A stretch of 62,943 bases of DNA, counting the filler, from Reclinomonas americana ATCC 50394 (taxonomy: Eukaryota), in NCBI GenBank assembly GCA_048213135.1. It is 15 parts of 15 records of this genome, joined end to end, with 100 filler letters (N's around TTAATTAATTAA, not from the genome) between each part and the next. Parts side by side here need not be neighbours in the genome. Positions count along the whole stretch, not along the records: positions 38,277 to 39,347 come from AFZH01019265.1; positions 39,448 to 48,575 come from AFZH01019267.1; positions 48,676 to 50,593 come from AFZH01019268.1; positions 50,694 to 58,114 come from AFZH01019269.1; 11 more parts are not named here. The stretch is one strand, 5' to 3'. Both the position numbers and the translations under genes were made by a program. Under the pieces are notes generated by a model. It ran no database searches. It had not been told where the DNA came from and was given only the letters and a program-made list of their open reading frames with translations. Below, piece after piece: positions 38,488-51,052 of the stretch; the stretch's first letter is position 1; the number at the start of each line of letters is the position of its first letter.

Positions 38488-39225
38488 CCTGCTGTCGCTC
38501 GTCGGTGTTGACGTCGCACAGCATGACGACGCTGCTGAACAAGAAATCCATTGTGTTCTGCGTAAAAGACCAGAACAGCAGCTTCATCCTGACCACTTCG
38601 TAATCGGCGTCACGCAGGGTACGCAGATGAAGTGAGACACGGTACATCTATTACGATGCGTGTGAATAAACTGCGAGAGGGAGCGTCACATGTTGGAGGT
38701 GCAGTCACGCACCGTTTTAACTGAGCCGTCGGCACCATTGTCGTCATCGATGTCGACACTGTCGCTGGCGCCGGCATCTTCAGCAGCGGCTGTTGAAGCG
38801 GCAGCCTGCAGGAGCGTGCGCACATATGCTTCATCAATCAGTGTGTCCGAGAAAAAACAATGTTGCAAACCTTCTTGTTCGCGCGCTTCCGTTTCTTGCC
38901 AGCCACTGGGCCCTGCAGCTGCCCATCGGTCGTAGTAGCCGTTGCTCGAACGACTCGAACGCCGACTGAAGTTGGCGGCCCCCGCGGAAGTGGGACGCCG
39001 GAGCGTCCGGCGACTGATTGTGCATGCTCGCCAGCGGCGATCAATGTAGTTGCGATCGGCGCGGTTGAAACACCCGTGTCTTCGAGATACTGCTGACATA
39101 CCAGTGCCTCACCAGCACACAGAATTGCCTTGCTCTCCGCTTTCGTGATGGCATTGACTTCTTTGGCGCTTGATGAGGGGCGAATTGTAAAGACTGCCGC
39201 CGGCCCACTGCAGCGAGAAAGAGCG
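38488..39225 (-). CDS. Hypothetical protein fragment
   Basis: Three exon-like open segments with plausible splice sites and a basic KKRKRANKK stretch. No family recognised. Confidence 0.4.
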
Positions 39226-39277
39226 GAGGAAAAAATACAAGCGTGACCTTTGTGAGCCAGCAGACACGCGACGCACA

Positions 39278-39319
<42 letters not shown>

Positions 39320-39448
39320 GAGAACGCATACACACCAGGATTGTGCANNNNNNNNNNNNNNNNNNNNNNNNNNNNNNNNNNNNNNNNNNNNTTAATTAAT
39401 TAANNNNNNNNNNNNNNNNNNNNNNNNNNNNNNNNNNNNNNNNNNNNT

Positions 39449-40539
39449 GTGGATGTGGAGCAACAGCAACAGCAGCAGCAGCAGCAGCAGCAGCAAGAGC
39501 GCGCGATAGAGCGTGGCATTCAAGTGATGCAGCAGCGGCAGATGGAGGAGGAAGAGTTCCGCGAGGCGCAGCGATTGCATGAGGCGCTGATGGCGGCCGG
39601 ACTCATCTCCGAGGAGGATGCGTTGGAGGCGGAGCGTGGTGCGTGCCTGTGAGAGAGAGAGTGTGTGTGTACAGTGTGCTTATGTTAGGTGCAGCGTACT
39701 TGATGGCGAGCGCGGCGCCGGTGTTGGACTCGGTGTTGCGGGCGGCGCAGCTGGAGCGCGTCTCGGATCCGCTGCTCATCTGGCGTGCGCTGCGAGAACG
39801 TGTGCACAGTCGCTTGCATGTGAGCGAGGAGCGGGCGATGGTATGTAAAGGGCCTCTCTGCCTGCTGTGGATCGATGGTTGTTTACATGTCATTCGTTGC
39901 AGGTGGCATTGCAAGTGGACGAGGCCATGGTGCAGGAGGTGCCGGTCGGCCATCAGTTTGTGGTTGCGTTGCTCCTGTCTGCTCTTAGACCTGTTTGAGC
40001 TGGTTGCTCACCTTTCGACACAGGCTTGCAGCATGATGCAGGTGTTGTATTTGCTGTTGCTCGTGGTGCCGGTCATGCTGGACATGGACTTGCTGTCGAA
40101 CGACAGGATTGTGGCGGGGCTTGCGCTGCATGTTGTTGTTGCGTGTGTTCTCCCCACGACTGAGCACGTGTGTGCGTTTCACTCATGGAAGACGATCATG
40201 CAGTGCGCGCTGTTTTCGTTGCGGTGGAACTTGTTCCGTGACTCCTCCGTCGGCGGCTTGAATGCGGCGACGGCCGGTCCAAGCGATGCAAAAGTGCTGG
40301 CGGCACTCTGTCTCATCGCCAGTCTCTTTCTGTTTGTGGAGTGGACGGTGCTATGGTCGTCGTCTGCCGCGGCCAAGGTGCACCTCCTTGCTTGTTCATG
40401 TGCGACGGGAAGAAAATCTTAATCACCGCGTCTGCAGATGCTGCTCACGGCGGTCGCCGGTGCCGCCACCGTGATCGTCATCAGCTTCATGTACATGGTG
40501 ATGCTATCGTGTTGCAGACGTGGCTACAATCAACGATGA
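39449..40539 (+). CDS. Hypothetical multi-pass membrane protein with N-terminal polyQ/coiled coil
   Basis: Exons with polyQ followed by several hydrophobic stretches (VLYLLLLVVPVML, VLAALCLIASLFLFV, MLLTAVAGAATVIVISFMYMV). Confidence 0.5.
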
Positions 40540-40735
40540 GGATCGACCTGCATGCAAGAGGCCAGCGCCGATACATTTCGGCCTCCTCCCAATTAATGGC
40601 CGCGCTCGACCGAACAGAGGTCTCGCTACGGCGACACCAACTCTGCGCATCGCCTCTACCGGCGCGCGGCCCCACTGGACACGCACAAAGGCGTTCCACG
40701 GATCTCGGCCTGCCGCCTCACCACGCCTCAGTCGA

Positions 40736-42350
40736 CTACTGCTCGACATAAAACGGCACATTGTGTGTTCCGAGAATCACACCGTCGTCTCCGTTCTCGA
40801 AAAACACGCGCACATAGAGGCGGTAGGCTCCCACCCGCGATGGAGCAGTCACCTCCACGCTGCTTCCTGCCTCGTTCAGGGCACGAACGTCGCAGGGGAC
40901 AGCTGGTGGAGCTCGTTCGGCGTCGCCACCCTGCCGCGCATCGTCCGTCTCCTGCAGCACCTCCCAGTGGCACACAGCGTTGGCGCACCCGGGGACAGTG
41001 ACCGCGTGGCGTGATGCAGGAGCCACCCGCCGACCCATCAACGACTCTGCCACCATGCCATTCTCGGGCATGCCACACACGAAAGCCGGCGACGCAGACG
41101 GGCTCCACAAGGCGCGCAAGAGGGCGACACACTCGGTCGGCGTGTCGTCGACAAAGAGCGAAAAGTAGGTCGATGTGCGCTCCTGCTTCTGGCCCCAGTA
41201 GAAAGCGAAGCAGCCGCGACACTGCGGGCTCTGACGGGCCGCCTCAAAGGCACGACGCATCAGAGTTGCCTTGGCGGTCGACGAGGCTTCAAACGGCGCA
41301 CCCCAGCTCGTACAGGGGATCTCCCAGTGACCAGGTCCACCAAACTCTGTCAGCATCCACGGACCCTTGTAGCCCTGCGGAGAGGGAAAGGGCAACGGGT
41401 AAGTGGTGGGTTAGAGGGGGGGATGGACTTGGGGAATGCATTTCTCGACCTGGCGCTGCAAGTGTGCGGGAACCTCGGGGGCGGCGCCGTACGCGTTGAT
41501 GCCGAGAATGCCCACATCGGGGCACAGCCGCACAAAGTGATGGACGTTGTTCGTGCCGGCCAGCACCACCACAGTCGGATGATGTGGATCCACTCTGCCC
41601 GACAAGTCAGCAGGCTTGACTGTGAACATGCGTCGGCAGCACGCAACTTGGCGACCTCCCTCGCCAGACCATTCAAGACCGGAAACACGCGCTCCGGATC
41701 GCTCTCGAGCTCTGCATCACCAAAGAGGGAGAGAGTGAATCCCTCAAGATCAATGAAAAACGACGAAGGCGCTCAGCTCACCGACTTCATTGCCGATTCC
41801 CCAGGCGAGAATCGCGGGGTGGTCCTTGAGTCGCTCCACCTGCGCCTTCTTGTCACTCTCACGCACCATCGCCAACAACACCACAGACAACGAAACAGTG
41901 GCGACGACACTGCACAATTGCTTCTTGATCACGCGCCAGTTGTCACTGTCATCCGCCCGCTCCTCTCGCGCCTCTTCCACGGTGAGCTGTGCGTGGCCGT
42001 CGGCTGGATCGTATCGCTGCACCACTCCATGCCTGCCACCAAGTGAGAAGAGAGAGAGAGAAAGAGAGAGAAGAGACGCGCGCACCGTTCGTGGTGGATC
42101 CACAAGCCGACCAACATTCGCAGTCCCAGTCGCTGCGCCTCCTCCAGCACCTCAGGTGGATCGCCTGTGCCTCGCGTTGTCAGTGCATCACACATCGATG
42201 AGATCTCACCAAAAAAACGCACCTGCGCCCAGCTGCTCCACGCCCCACGTGCGCACCGCCTGTGCTCCCCATCGACTGGCCAACTCCAGATGCTGCACGC
42301 CGCCGACACCACACACAAACTCGCCTTCTCCCTCACAATGCATGAAAGAG
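40736..42350 (-). CDS. GH-A clan TIM-barrel glycoside hydrolase (GH2 TIM-barrel/GH158-like)
   Basis: GAQAVRTWG, GLRMLVGLWIHHE, LKDHPAILAWGIGNE (acid/base), VDPHHPT, LGINAYG and PWMLTEFGGPGHWE (nucleophile). Start codon uncertain. Confidence 0.75.
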
Positions 42351-42416
42351 CGTGTCCGCCTGCAAGTATGTCCTCTCTCCACAGCTCACGCTCATCGTAC
42401 GTAACTCACTGCAGAC

Positions 42417-43912
42417 ATGGCTGACTACGCACTGGTCTCTCGCACAGTTGAGTGCTCTCACTGCATGCATGCATCACTGTGTCGGCATGTGCCTTATTGC
42501 CTTCACACACACGCACACAGATCCGACTGCTGTGGAACACGTTCCCTCCTGCTGCAGCTGCATCGGGAGCCCCACTGGACCTCGAGAAGCACATGTATCA
42601 TGCGCCATCGGGACTGCATGTTGCGTGTGTGTTGACTGTGGTGGTGATTGACTGTGGTGATTGACTGTTTGTGTGCGTTGCAGAATGAGGGGGTGTGGCA
42701 CAACTCAGTCATGGCGGTGGTGTATGCGTACGCTGCGCAGCGTGCGCGTGCGCTGGGAGAGCAGGCCGAGTGCGACGAGTTCACGGAGGCCGGAATAAAG
42801 CTGTGCCGATCGCTGTGGGAGCATGCGATGGATGCGGAGGACGGGCTGCTGAAGCAGCGAGTGCACACGCCGTACTGGGATCACGATCCGGAGAAGAGTG
42901 TGTCCTCTCTCTCTCTATCTCTTCCTCCCTCGTGCAACGCTCATGGGCGCCAATTCGCAGTCGCCAAGATGTACAAGCCGCACTTTTGGGCTCCGTCCAG
43001 CGTCAAGAAGACGTCGTCGCAGTCCATGGCCGTGATCGCCTTTAGCTTCTGGCGCCATACTTTCGCTGACGAGTACCGCACGCTGACGGAGAACTTTGTT
43101 CGTCGGCTGTGGAACCCGGCCGAGAAGCAGTGGATCACCAGTCCCGGTCGTCACGACAATCGGTGTGCAATGGCTGCCCCTGTTGTATTTTCAAGAGACT
43201 TGCCGCTCATGTTGTGCTGCGTGAACCGCAGGGCTGTGGATCAGGCCTTGGCGTTGGTGGCCGTTCTGCGCATGATTCAGTGTCACGAAGACGGCGACGC
43301 ACACTCGGTCGAAGCACTGCGCGACATTGTGGAGGCATCGCGAGCGGCGCTGTTGGTGGCCTTTGGGTACGGCGAGCCCGACAAGCTGGTGCGTGCTGTG
43401 TGCGGACCCTACACTGCTGCTGCTGTTGGCTCACCGTGTGCTGGTCGCAGGCCGGAGCGCGTTTCTCGTGGCAAGAGACGTGGATATGTCTGGCGCTTCT
43501 CCTCAGCTCACCGGATCCGGCCAACGACGGTGTCGTCAGCTCCCTCATGCGCAACATGTACGAGACGTTTGCCGACGAGTCGGGCTTCCTCAAGGCTGAA
43601 CCAAAAACCAAGTTGGTGGCTGCCGACGGCTACCCTGTGCAAGCCTACTCCACCGACAACTCCATGTTTTTCCTGCTGGTGCGTGCCGCCAGCGATCTCG
43701 GTGTGCCACCACCAGTGCCACAGCTGGCCTTGGACGAGTTCTCTGCGACGTTTTCCCGCTACCAAGAGTGCATCCGCGGGCCCTCCGGCCTGCTGCAGAT
43801 TGGTGCGGGCGTGCCGCATGAGGGTCTGTACGCCAACACCGAGTTCTGCATGTCGCAAGTGCTGCACGTCGGTGATTTTGTTGGCGGCAGCACCACGACG
43901 AATGCAGCATAG
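42417..43912 (+). CDS. Hypothetical alpha-helical protein, possibly an (alpha/alpha)6 glycosidase-like fold
   Basis: Clean multi-exon structure with NEGVWHNSVMAV, RAVDQALAL, YSTDNSMF and LYANTEF. The fold assignment is a guess. Confidence 0.5.
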
Positions 43913-43999
43913 CCATAAATAAATGAATGCGACAATCGTGTTAGAAAAAAGTATGCTATGTAATGCGCTAGACCCCCGTTCCTCTTCACGACTATCGCA

Positions 44000-46900
44000 T
44001 CAGCGCTCCATGCAAGCACATTTGCATGCGGCCACCGGGCAGTACTTGTGCGACGAGAACCACTCAAACAGGTGCGCAGCGTATCCACCGTGCTTGCAGC
44101 CTTGGCACCACACGAACCATCGACCGCACGTGTCGTCGGCCAGAACCTGCTGTCCGAGTTGAGCTGTGTACCAGAGGAGAAAAAGTGAGAGACAAAACGA
44201 GGAGCGACTGTCGATAAGTTCACGCGCAACTGGTCGCCCGCTGATCACCGGCCGCCGACGAGATGGACTCGAGAGCGTATTTGTGCTCCTTGACCTCGCG
44301 GAACGAGGTTGGTGGGTGGCCTGTGTGTCAAGCGGGGAAATCGTGAATGATGTGTTTCCTACACTCCTCTCTGCCTCTCAACGCACCACCGTGTATGCCA
44401 GTGTAGTTGACGGCGTAGGCTGATGCGCCCCACGGCAGCAGTGTCACAGAGCAACGCGGCAGCGGCTTGCGACAGTTGGGACAGCTCGTCGGCTGCGTTT
44501 TTTTTAACAGTGAGATCACGGGCTCGGTGGACGTGGCAACACGAGAGACCAACACACGCACCCGTGGCTTGGACGAGGTGACATTGCGGGTGCGACTGAG
44601 ACGCATTTGTGTCTTGGCACTGGCAAATGGAGCAAAGCTCTGCTGGCAAAAGTTGCATCGGAGGAACACTTGCGGCGAGTCGCTGACCTCGGGGAACGCC
44701 GATGCACTGCGTGCCAGGAATGAGATGATACAAAGACATGTCGCGGACGAATTGCAAGCCATCCACTTGCCTTGCTCCCTCCTTGCCGCGCCCGCTGGTC
44801 ACCCATGGAAGTGCCTGGTGCGGCCTTATGTTCAGCACGGCACGCAGCTCAATGTCCAGCATCGCTCGCTCCTCCCACAAGCGCCATCCGTCCAGCAATT
44901 GGCGATAACTGTGGACGGAGAGAGAGAGAGAGAGAGAGAGAGCGAGTCAGGGCAAATTACACACAAAAAAGAGATGACTTTGAACGAAACATCTCCAGCC
45001 ACTGGAACGGCCGCGAGTCACCAGTGCGTCGCGACGGACTCGTGCACACGGCGGCGAGTGATGCCTGTGCACAAACATAACCGGTGAGGATGCCAGCACT
45101 CTCGGCGGTGCACAGCACACACACATGCACGCGACGGAACTGTCTGAATGTCGCCCGTGCGGTCAATGTGCTGTTGCAAGAGGTTGCAGGCCTCCTCCGA
45201 GTCGAGGCCGGTGATTAGCAGGCCTTCAAGATCACCCGACAGCACACACTCCTCTTGCAGTCGGCTCAAGAACGGAATCAGCTCGGCGTCGGGGAGGAAC
45301 TTGCAACTGAATGCCACCTTGTCCACGAGCGACAGATCCTGACCGTACAGCACCGCGCCGTACTCTCCAGGATCACTGCGGCGACATGATTAGAGAATTG
45401 AAGGCAAGAGCAACGTACAATGTGCGGGCGCACCTGATGAGGAAAGCGAGTGCGGCGCGCAATTGTCGGCTGCGAATGTTTGGTCGGAGCTCGCTGTACA
45501 TTTGTCGCCACATGGGCCGCGAGGCTTCGGCAAATCCACCGAGTGCGATGCCGAGGAACTTGTAGTGATTCTTGGGTTCTGCGGGGAGAAATGGAAGGGG
45601 AGTTAGTGAGGGGAGGGAATCAAGAAGAAGAAATGAACAAGGCGGATAATACCTTCGGGCATGTCGGTGTCATCGAGTTGCTGAAGCAACGAAACGGCGC
45701 GTGGCACATTCAAGTTGAAGAGGGCGTGTGAGACCTCGGACTCCAGCTCCTCGCTGCAACAGGCAGCAACAACGGGTGGGCGAGCAGACAGTGTGACATT
45801 GGAGAGAAAGAGTACAAACCCTGTGCGCAGCACTTGGGCGGGCGCAGCCGTGCCCGATCCTCCCACACCAGCCGTCGAGGACGATGCAGCGGCGGCAGCG
45901 GCGGCGGCAGCTGACGGTGTGCCGGTCGAGAAGGCATCAAGATCGCGCCAGCCGCAAATCTGGTGGCAGAGCACACGGCGTGGGTTCTCGTACGTGTCGG
46001 TCGACAGCAGTTGCTCGGTGGGTCGCGCAGATCGGATGCGATCCATGGGTGGCAAGTGGAATGGCAAGTCCTCTGCGAGTGCTGTCGTGTGAGAAAAGAA
46101 CACAATAATGTTATTCGTGAGAGCGTGAAAGAGTTGAACCTTGGCGACCAGTGAGAATCTTGAGCACTCCTGGGAAGTGCATGGGCGCGTCCTTCTTGAT
46201 GTTGTTCAGTGCATTCAATGCTCGCAACCCTGCGAAACGCTCGACATGAATCTCACCGCAGACGGCAACGTGCAAGCTCCAATTGTGTATATCACGCAAC
46301 TCTCTATCCAGCTCCACAAGAACAACAACTTTGGCTTGAGTGGGTGGTACGGCTCGTTGGCACAAATGTGGTAATTGTCGGCAGCCTGTCGTTGTGTGTG
46401 CGCGATGAGCGAATGAGGGTGTGAAATGAAGGCAGACAGTGCACACACACACACACCGACGGGCCGTAGCCGTGCGTGGCGCGCCACTTGATGACCTCGG
46501 AAATGTCGTCGCTGTGAAATCGACCACGACCGGCATGAGTGTGAGATGAAGAGAAGGAAAGGAAGCGAAATGGGGAAGGAAGGGGAAGGGGAAGGGTGAC
46601 GAGAGATGGAATACGAGAAGATGGAGGGGGAAAAGAGATAAGATTGTGGGCGCTCACCGGCCAGGATCCGCGGCGGCGCCGACCGAGTCCCATTGGCTGT
46701 GGTTGACCACTGACTGGTCAATGACAAACACCTCACGATTGCAGATGCTGCGACAGATATGTTAGGGAGCGCCGTTGAGGAGTAACAACAGTGTGAGAAC
46801 GCACGCTAGCGAGTTGTGGGGACCCCACTCCATGCACGTCGGCTCGTTCAGCTCGAGTAGCTCCACCATGCCCGTGCCGCTCACGGAAAGCATCACCCGC

Positions 46901-48997
46901 GGGACTGTGGGATGGAATGCAATATCGACTGGCGGTTCCTGGCAGTGCACGTCTATGGGAGAAGAGCACGTGAGCAAGCAGCACAGGTGAGCGGAATCGG
47001 TGACACCAAGTGAGCGACAGCAACTCTTGTAGTCCGAGTACTTGAACATGACAGGAACGTCGTACTGCGGACCAGCGGGACCGGCATCACTGGCGTGCCA
47101 CAACCGCACGTGCGCCTCGTTGCTGCGTGACCGAGGGTCAGAAAGGACGAGGGAGAGAGCAAGCACAGGAGAAATCGCGCTGAGCTGACCTGGCAATGGT
47201 GGCAAGCACATTGACACGATGCGGATCCCAGCGGAGTGCGGTGAGCGAGTTCTTGTGCGGGGTGTGGATGATGTAGACCTGCGTCGGAACGAACGCAACG
47301 TGTCAATCGAGGGGTGCACTGACAAAAACAGAGACTCTCAGTGGACGCAACAGGCTCGTGGTCCACCAAGCGACGCATGTCCCACAGTCGGATTTGGCCA
47401 TCCTCGGAAAACGTGGCCAAGCGGTTGCTGTTGAAGGGATCGAACTGCACGCCAAACACCGACTTGCTGTGCGCGTTGATGGAGACGCGCGCTTGCTTGC
47501 CTGCAAAAGCAGCACGTGGTTATCAGCATGCACCTATGTTGATTGTCTTGCATCACTGAGAGACTCAACTGTGCACGTCGTACACTCGCAGCCACTTCAT
47601 GCCAGTGCCGACGGCCATGGCCAGCGGCGTATCGGGAAGCCATGACACGGCCACCTATACAGAAGCAATGTCTAAGCAAAGAGGGGAGGGGAGGAGAAGC
47701 TGACGCCCAGCACGCACCGCGTTCTCGGCCACATTGTTCTCCCACACTGGGGCCGCTGCGTCGACAGTCTGCGCGGTCTTGATGACAAAGGAGCTCTTGG
47801 CCTTTTTTGCATCCGAGTGTGAGCTGCCGCTGAGACCGCTGCCCGAGGCGCCAGAGCTGCGTGACGAGTGAGCGTGATGAAGGGGGGTGAGGTGAGAGGA
47901 AGGAACGGAAACGAGCGAACCTGCCGCTAGGGCCGGAGGGCTTGGACGGCTTGCGAGTATCACGCTGGCCGAATGCCCGACTGCCGCTCATCTTGGCTGC
48001 ACCAGGGCGGTCAACCACACGTATATAAACGCATACATTAGCAAGTGCACAGGAACACGCACCAAAGACCGACGTGTTTGACGTCTCCAGCACGGTGACG
48101 GAAAAGTCGGAACGCGCCTTGTCGAATGCTGCGCGACGAGTGCGCATCAGCAGCGGTCACACAACGTGATGAACAGTGCAGCAACACTCACCTCCGGCCA
48201 GCAGCGTGGGATGAGCACGGTTCCAGGCCAGCGCATTACACGGTCGACTGTCTCGCGGTGCGTACTCTCGCACAATGCCCTCGCCCTTTTCGCGAACAAC
48301 AACGTGAGCTTTACGCGACGCGGAACAGTAGAACCACCACTCACCGGTCGAAGCAGTTGCACAGCGCCCGTGATGCCCGAGCCCACCGCCAGAATCGGCA
48401 TCTCGTGTGCACCCGCCGGGTAGCTCCACGCAATGCACTGCGGGGTGGGGACGTGAGACAAGCGCATGCATACGCGGTGAGATGAGCGCGCATGAACAAC
48501 GCAACTCGCGGTGCTTGCACATCAGTGCACACATCGACAAAGTCGAATGGAGCTGCACGAGCAAGACGAGTCAGANNNNNNNNNNNNNNNNNNNNNNNNN
48601 NNNNNNNNNNNNNNNNNNNTTAATTAATTAANNNNNNNNNNNNNNNNNNNNNNNNNNNNNNNNNNNNNNNNNNNNACACATGTGAATCAGCAAATCTCTT
48701 GCTCACTTGGGCACTCTCTCTCTCACACACACGCACACACACACGCACCTGCAGATGCGAGTTATAAAAGTGCACGTGCGCCGAGGCCACTGCCATGAGT
48801 GACGACGTAGCAGCCGTGGCTACACTGTCTGCACAAGGCGGAGCAAAGGCCGCGCGATAAGCTGCCGGTCCTCGTGCCACGGCCGCGGCCGCTGCGGCTG
48901 CTGCAGCCACGGAGGAACCGAGACCACCACTGCTGCTGCCGCCGTAGGCGCCAGAGCCGGTGCCGCCACCTGCGCTGGAGGAGCCCGAGCGTTCCAT
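44000..48997 (-). CDS. MIOS: GATOR2 complex subunit MIOS (Sea4): WD40, solenoid and C-terminal ZnF/RING
   Basis: GVQFDPFNSNRLATFSEDGQIRLWDMR, LSLVDKVAFSCKFL, GDLEGLLITGL, LLQQHIDRTGDIQT, LDGWRLWEERAMLDI, LRCNFC, SCPNCRKPLPRC and WFVWCQGCKHGG...WF...CPVAACKCAC. Spans the gap at 48576. Confidence 0.92.
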
Positions 48998-49625
48998 AAT
49001 GCGATGGCTGATTGAGTGACAAGTGAGTTGCAGGACATCGAAGTTGGCGAACAAGGCGGCTGTGCTGTGTCTTCCTGGGTAGCACGAATGCCTGTGCCTA
49101 TACAGTAAGTTCCTCGCGGACCCTGCAGTGCATCGCGTCTTCATGCAAAGGTCGCGAAGTTGTCAATTGCATGGTGAGCTCTTTTCATCGCTGCGGATCG
49201 ACATGGCGAGCAAGGCAGCTGTGCGTTTTCTATCCAGCTGCAGGTTTCATTGCTGGCTGTGCCTACACACCAAGCTCTTCGCATACCCGTCGTTGTGCAT
49301 CATGTCTTCGTGCAAATGTCGTGAAGTCGTATCCACCAAGCTCCACTCTTCCCGATCCTCTTCCCTGCTCATGCAAAACACGTATTATCTTTTCATTTCC
49401 CGAACACCACGGCTTCTTCCATCTGCTGTTGTGCCCTTTGACGATCCCTGCTGTGTACTCGCGCGACCGCTGGGCGATCGCTGCGGTGAGGTTGTCGTCG
49501 TGCTGGATCTTGCTGCTGCTGTTGCAGCTGCTGCTGCTTGTTTGTTTCCTCATTTTCGTTGTTGCTGTTGTTGCTATGCTCGTCCGCTGGGACTGGCGTT
49601 GTTGGCTTGGCACCGCCGCAGCGGC

Positions 49626-50570
49626 TCACAGGAGCCTGCAGACGCATTTTTCGGCCCGCTTCGCCGCGGACCCTGCCGACGACAGCGACGACGATGGTGA
49701 GGCGCGTACGAGCGGCAGTTTCTTCCGCGGACTCGTTCGACTCGGGCTGGCGCTCACAGGCTGCGCCGTCGTAGAAGAGGGTGACTCCGAGAGTGGCGTC
49801 GGAGCCGACACCTTTTTCTTCTGCCGTCTCCGCTGCTCCTTCTCCATGTCCCTGCGTGGCAGCCGTGAGCCTCGCGCGCACGCGTGGGACGAGAGAAAGG
49901 AAGCACGACTCACCTCAGCAGCGCCTCAAACGCCACATCCACATTGACACCGGTCTTGGCGCTGGCCTCGACACACACCACCGCCTGAATCGAGTCCGCA
50001 AACGCCCGCACCCGCTCCAGCGACAACAGCGGGCGACGCCCATGACCCGCCGCCTCCAACTCATCGCGCAGATCGACCTTGTTGAGCACGACAGCCACGC
50101 GTGGTGGCGCATCGGTCCACCCGCCAGTCGGACACACCACGTCGCGGAGCTGCAACCACGCATGCTGGCAGTCGTCCAGTGATCGCGGCTCATCGGCCGC
50201 ACACACCAGCACAAAGCCCTGACTCTCGCGCGCCCACTGCGGCAACAACGCCGCACGCAGCTCGCTCTGCCCGCCCGTGTCGATCACGCGCAATCGTGCC
50301 GGTCGCGAGGCTGTCGATGTGGGCGAGTGGTAGTCGTACTGATCCTCAATGGTGGTGTCAATGTCGCCGCTGTCCAGCCACACTCCGCGGACAAGTCGCA
50401 CCGCTGTGTGGAAGGTGGCGAGCGTGCATGAGCGAACAAGGGACAACACGCTCTCAGTGGGGTGGGAAGGTAAAGATGGGCGTACCGAGTGAAGACTTGC
50501 CGGTGCCGCCTGGTCCGAGGAGTGTGACGCGGGGTGTGGATGAGAGGGCCTCGGATTGGGCGCTGTTGAG
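49626..50570 (-). CDS. Divergent Ras-family small GTPase with long basic/Ser-rich tail and CaaX
   Basis: G1 GPGGTGKSSL, effector DTTIEDQY, G3 DTGGQ, G4 NKVD, G5 EASAK, C-terminus CVCRLL*. The start is near or inside the gap. Confidence 0.85.
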
Positions 50571-51052
50571 AGTGTTGTTGATCTGTGTGTTTTNNNNNNN
50601 NNNNNNNNNNNNNNNNNNNNNNNNNNNNNNNNNNNNNTTAATTAATTAANNNNNNNNNNNNNNNNNNNNNNNNNNNNNNNNNNNNNNNNNNNNGAGGAGT
50701 TGGGAGAGGCGACGGAGCCGCCGCGTTGTGACGGCTCTCGGAGGTGGACAATCAAAATCGAACATCAATTTCAGCGACGGATCCTCATCGCCAATTGCAA
50801 GCAAGCGGAGGATTTGGGGTTGCATGCCAATAGAATGAAGTATATGCAGCACGGAACGCATGCATTACCGATCTGGACCAGGAGAATTCCGAAGCAGATG
50901 CATGCACGGACAACTGATATTGCTGCTTGCTGTCCTCATCCGTCATTGAATTCTCATGGGATCATTAAAAACACAGCGTCACCTTTATTGCAGCGACAAG
51001 AAAACTACACACAAAAGTTGGGCGGGCACTCTATTGAGGTCTTCCTCTTCCT

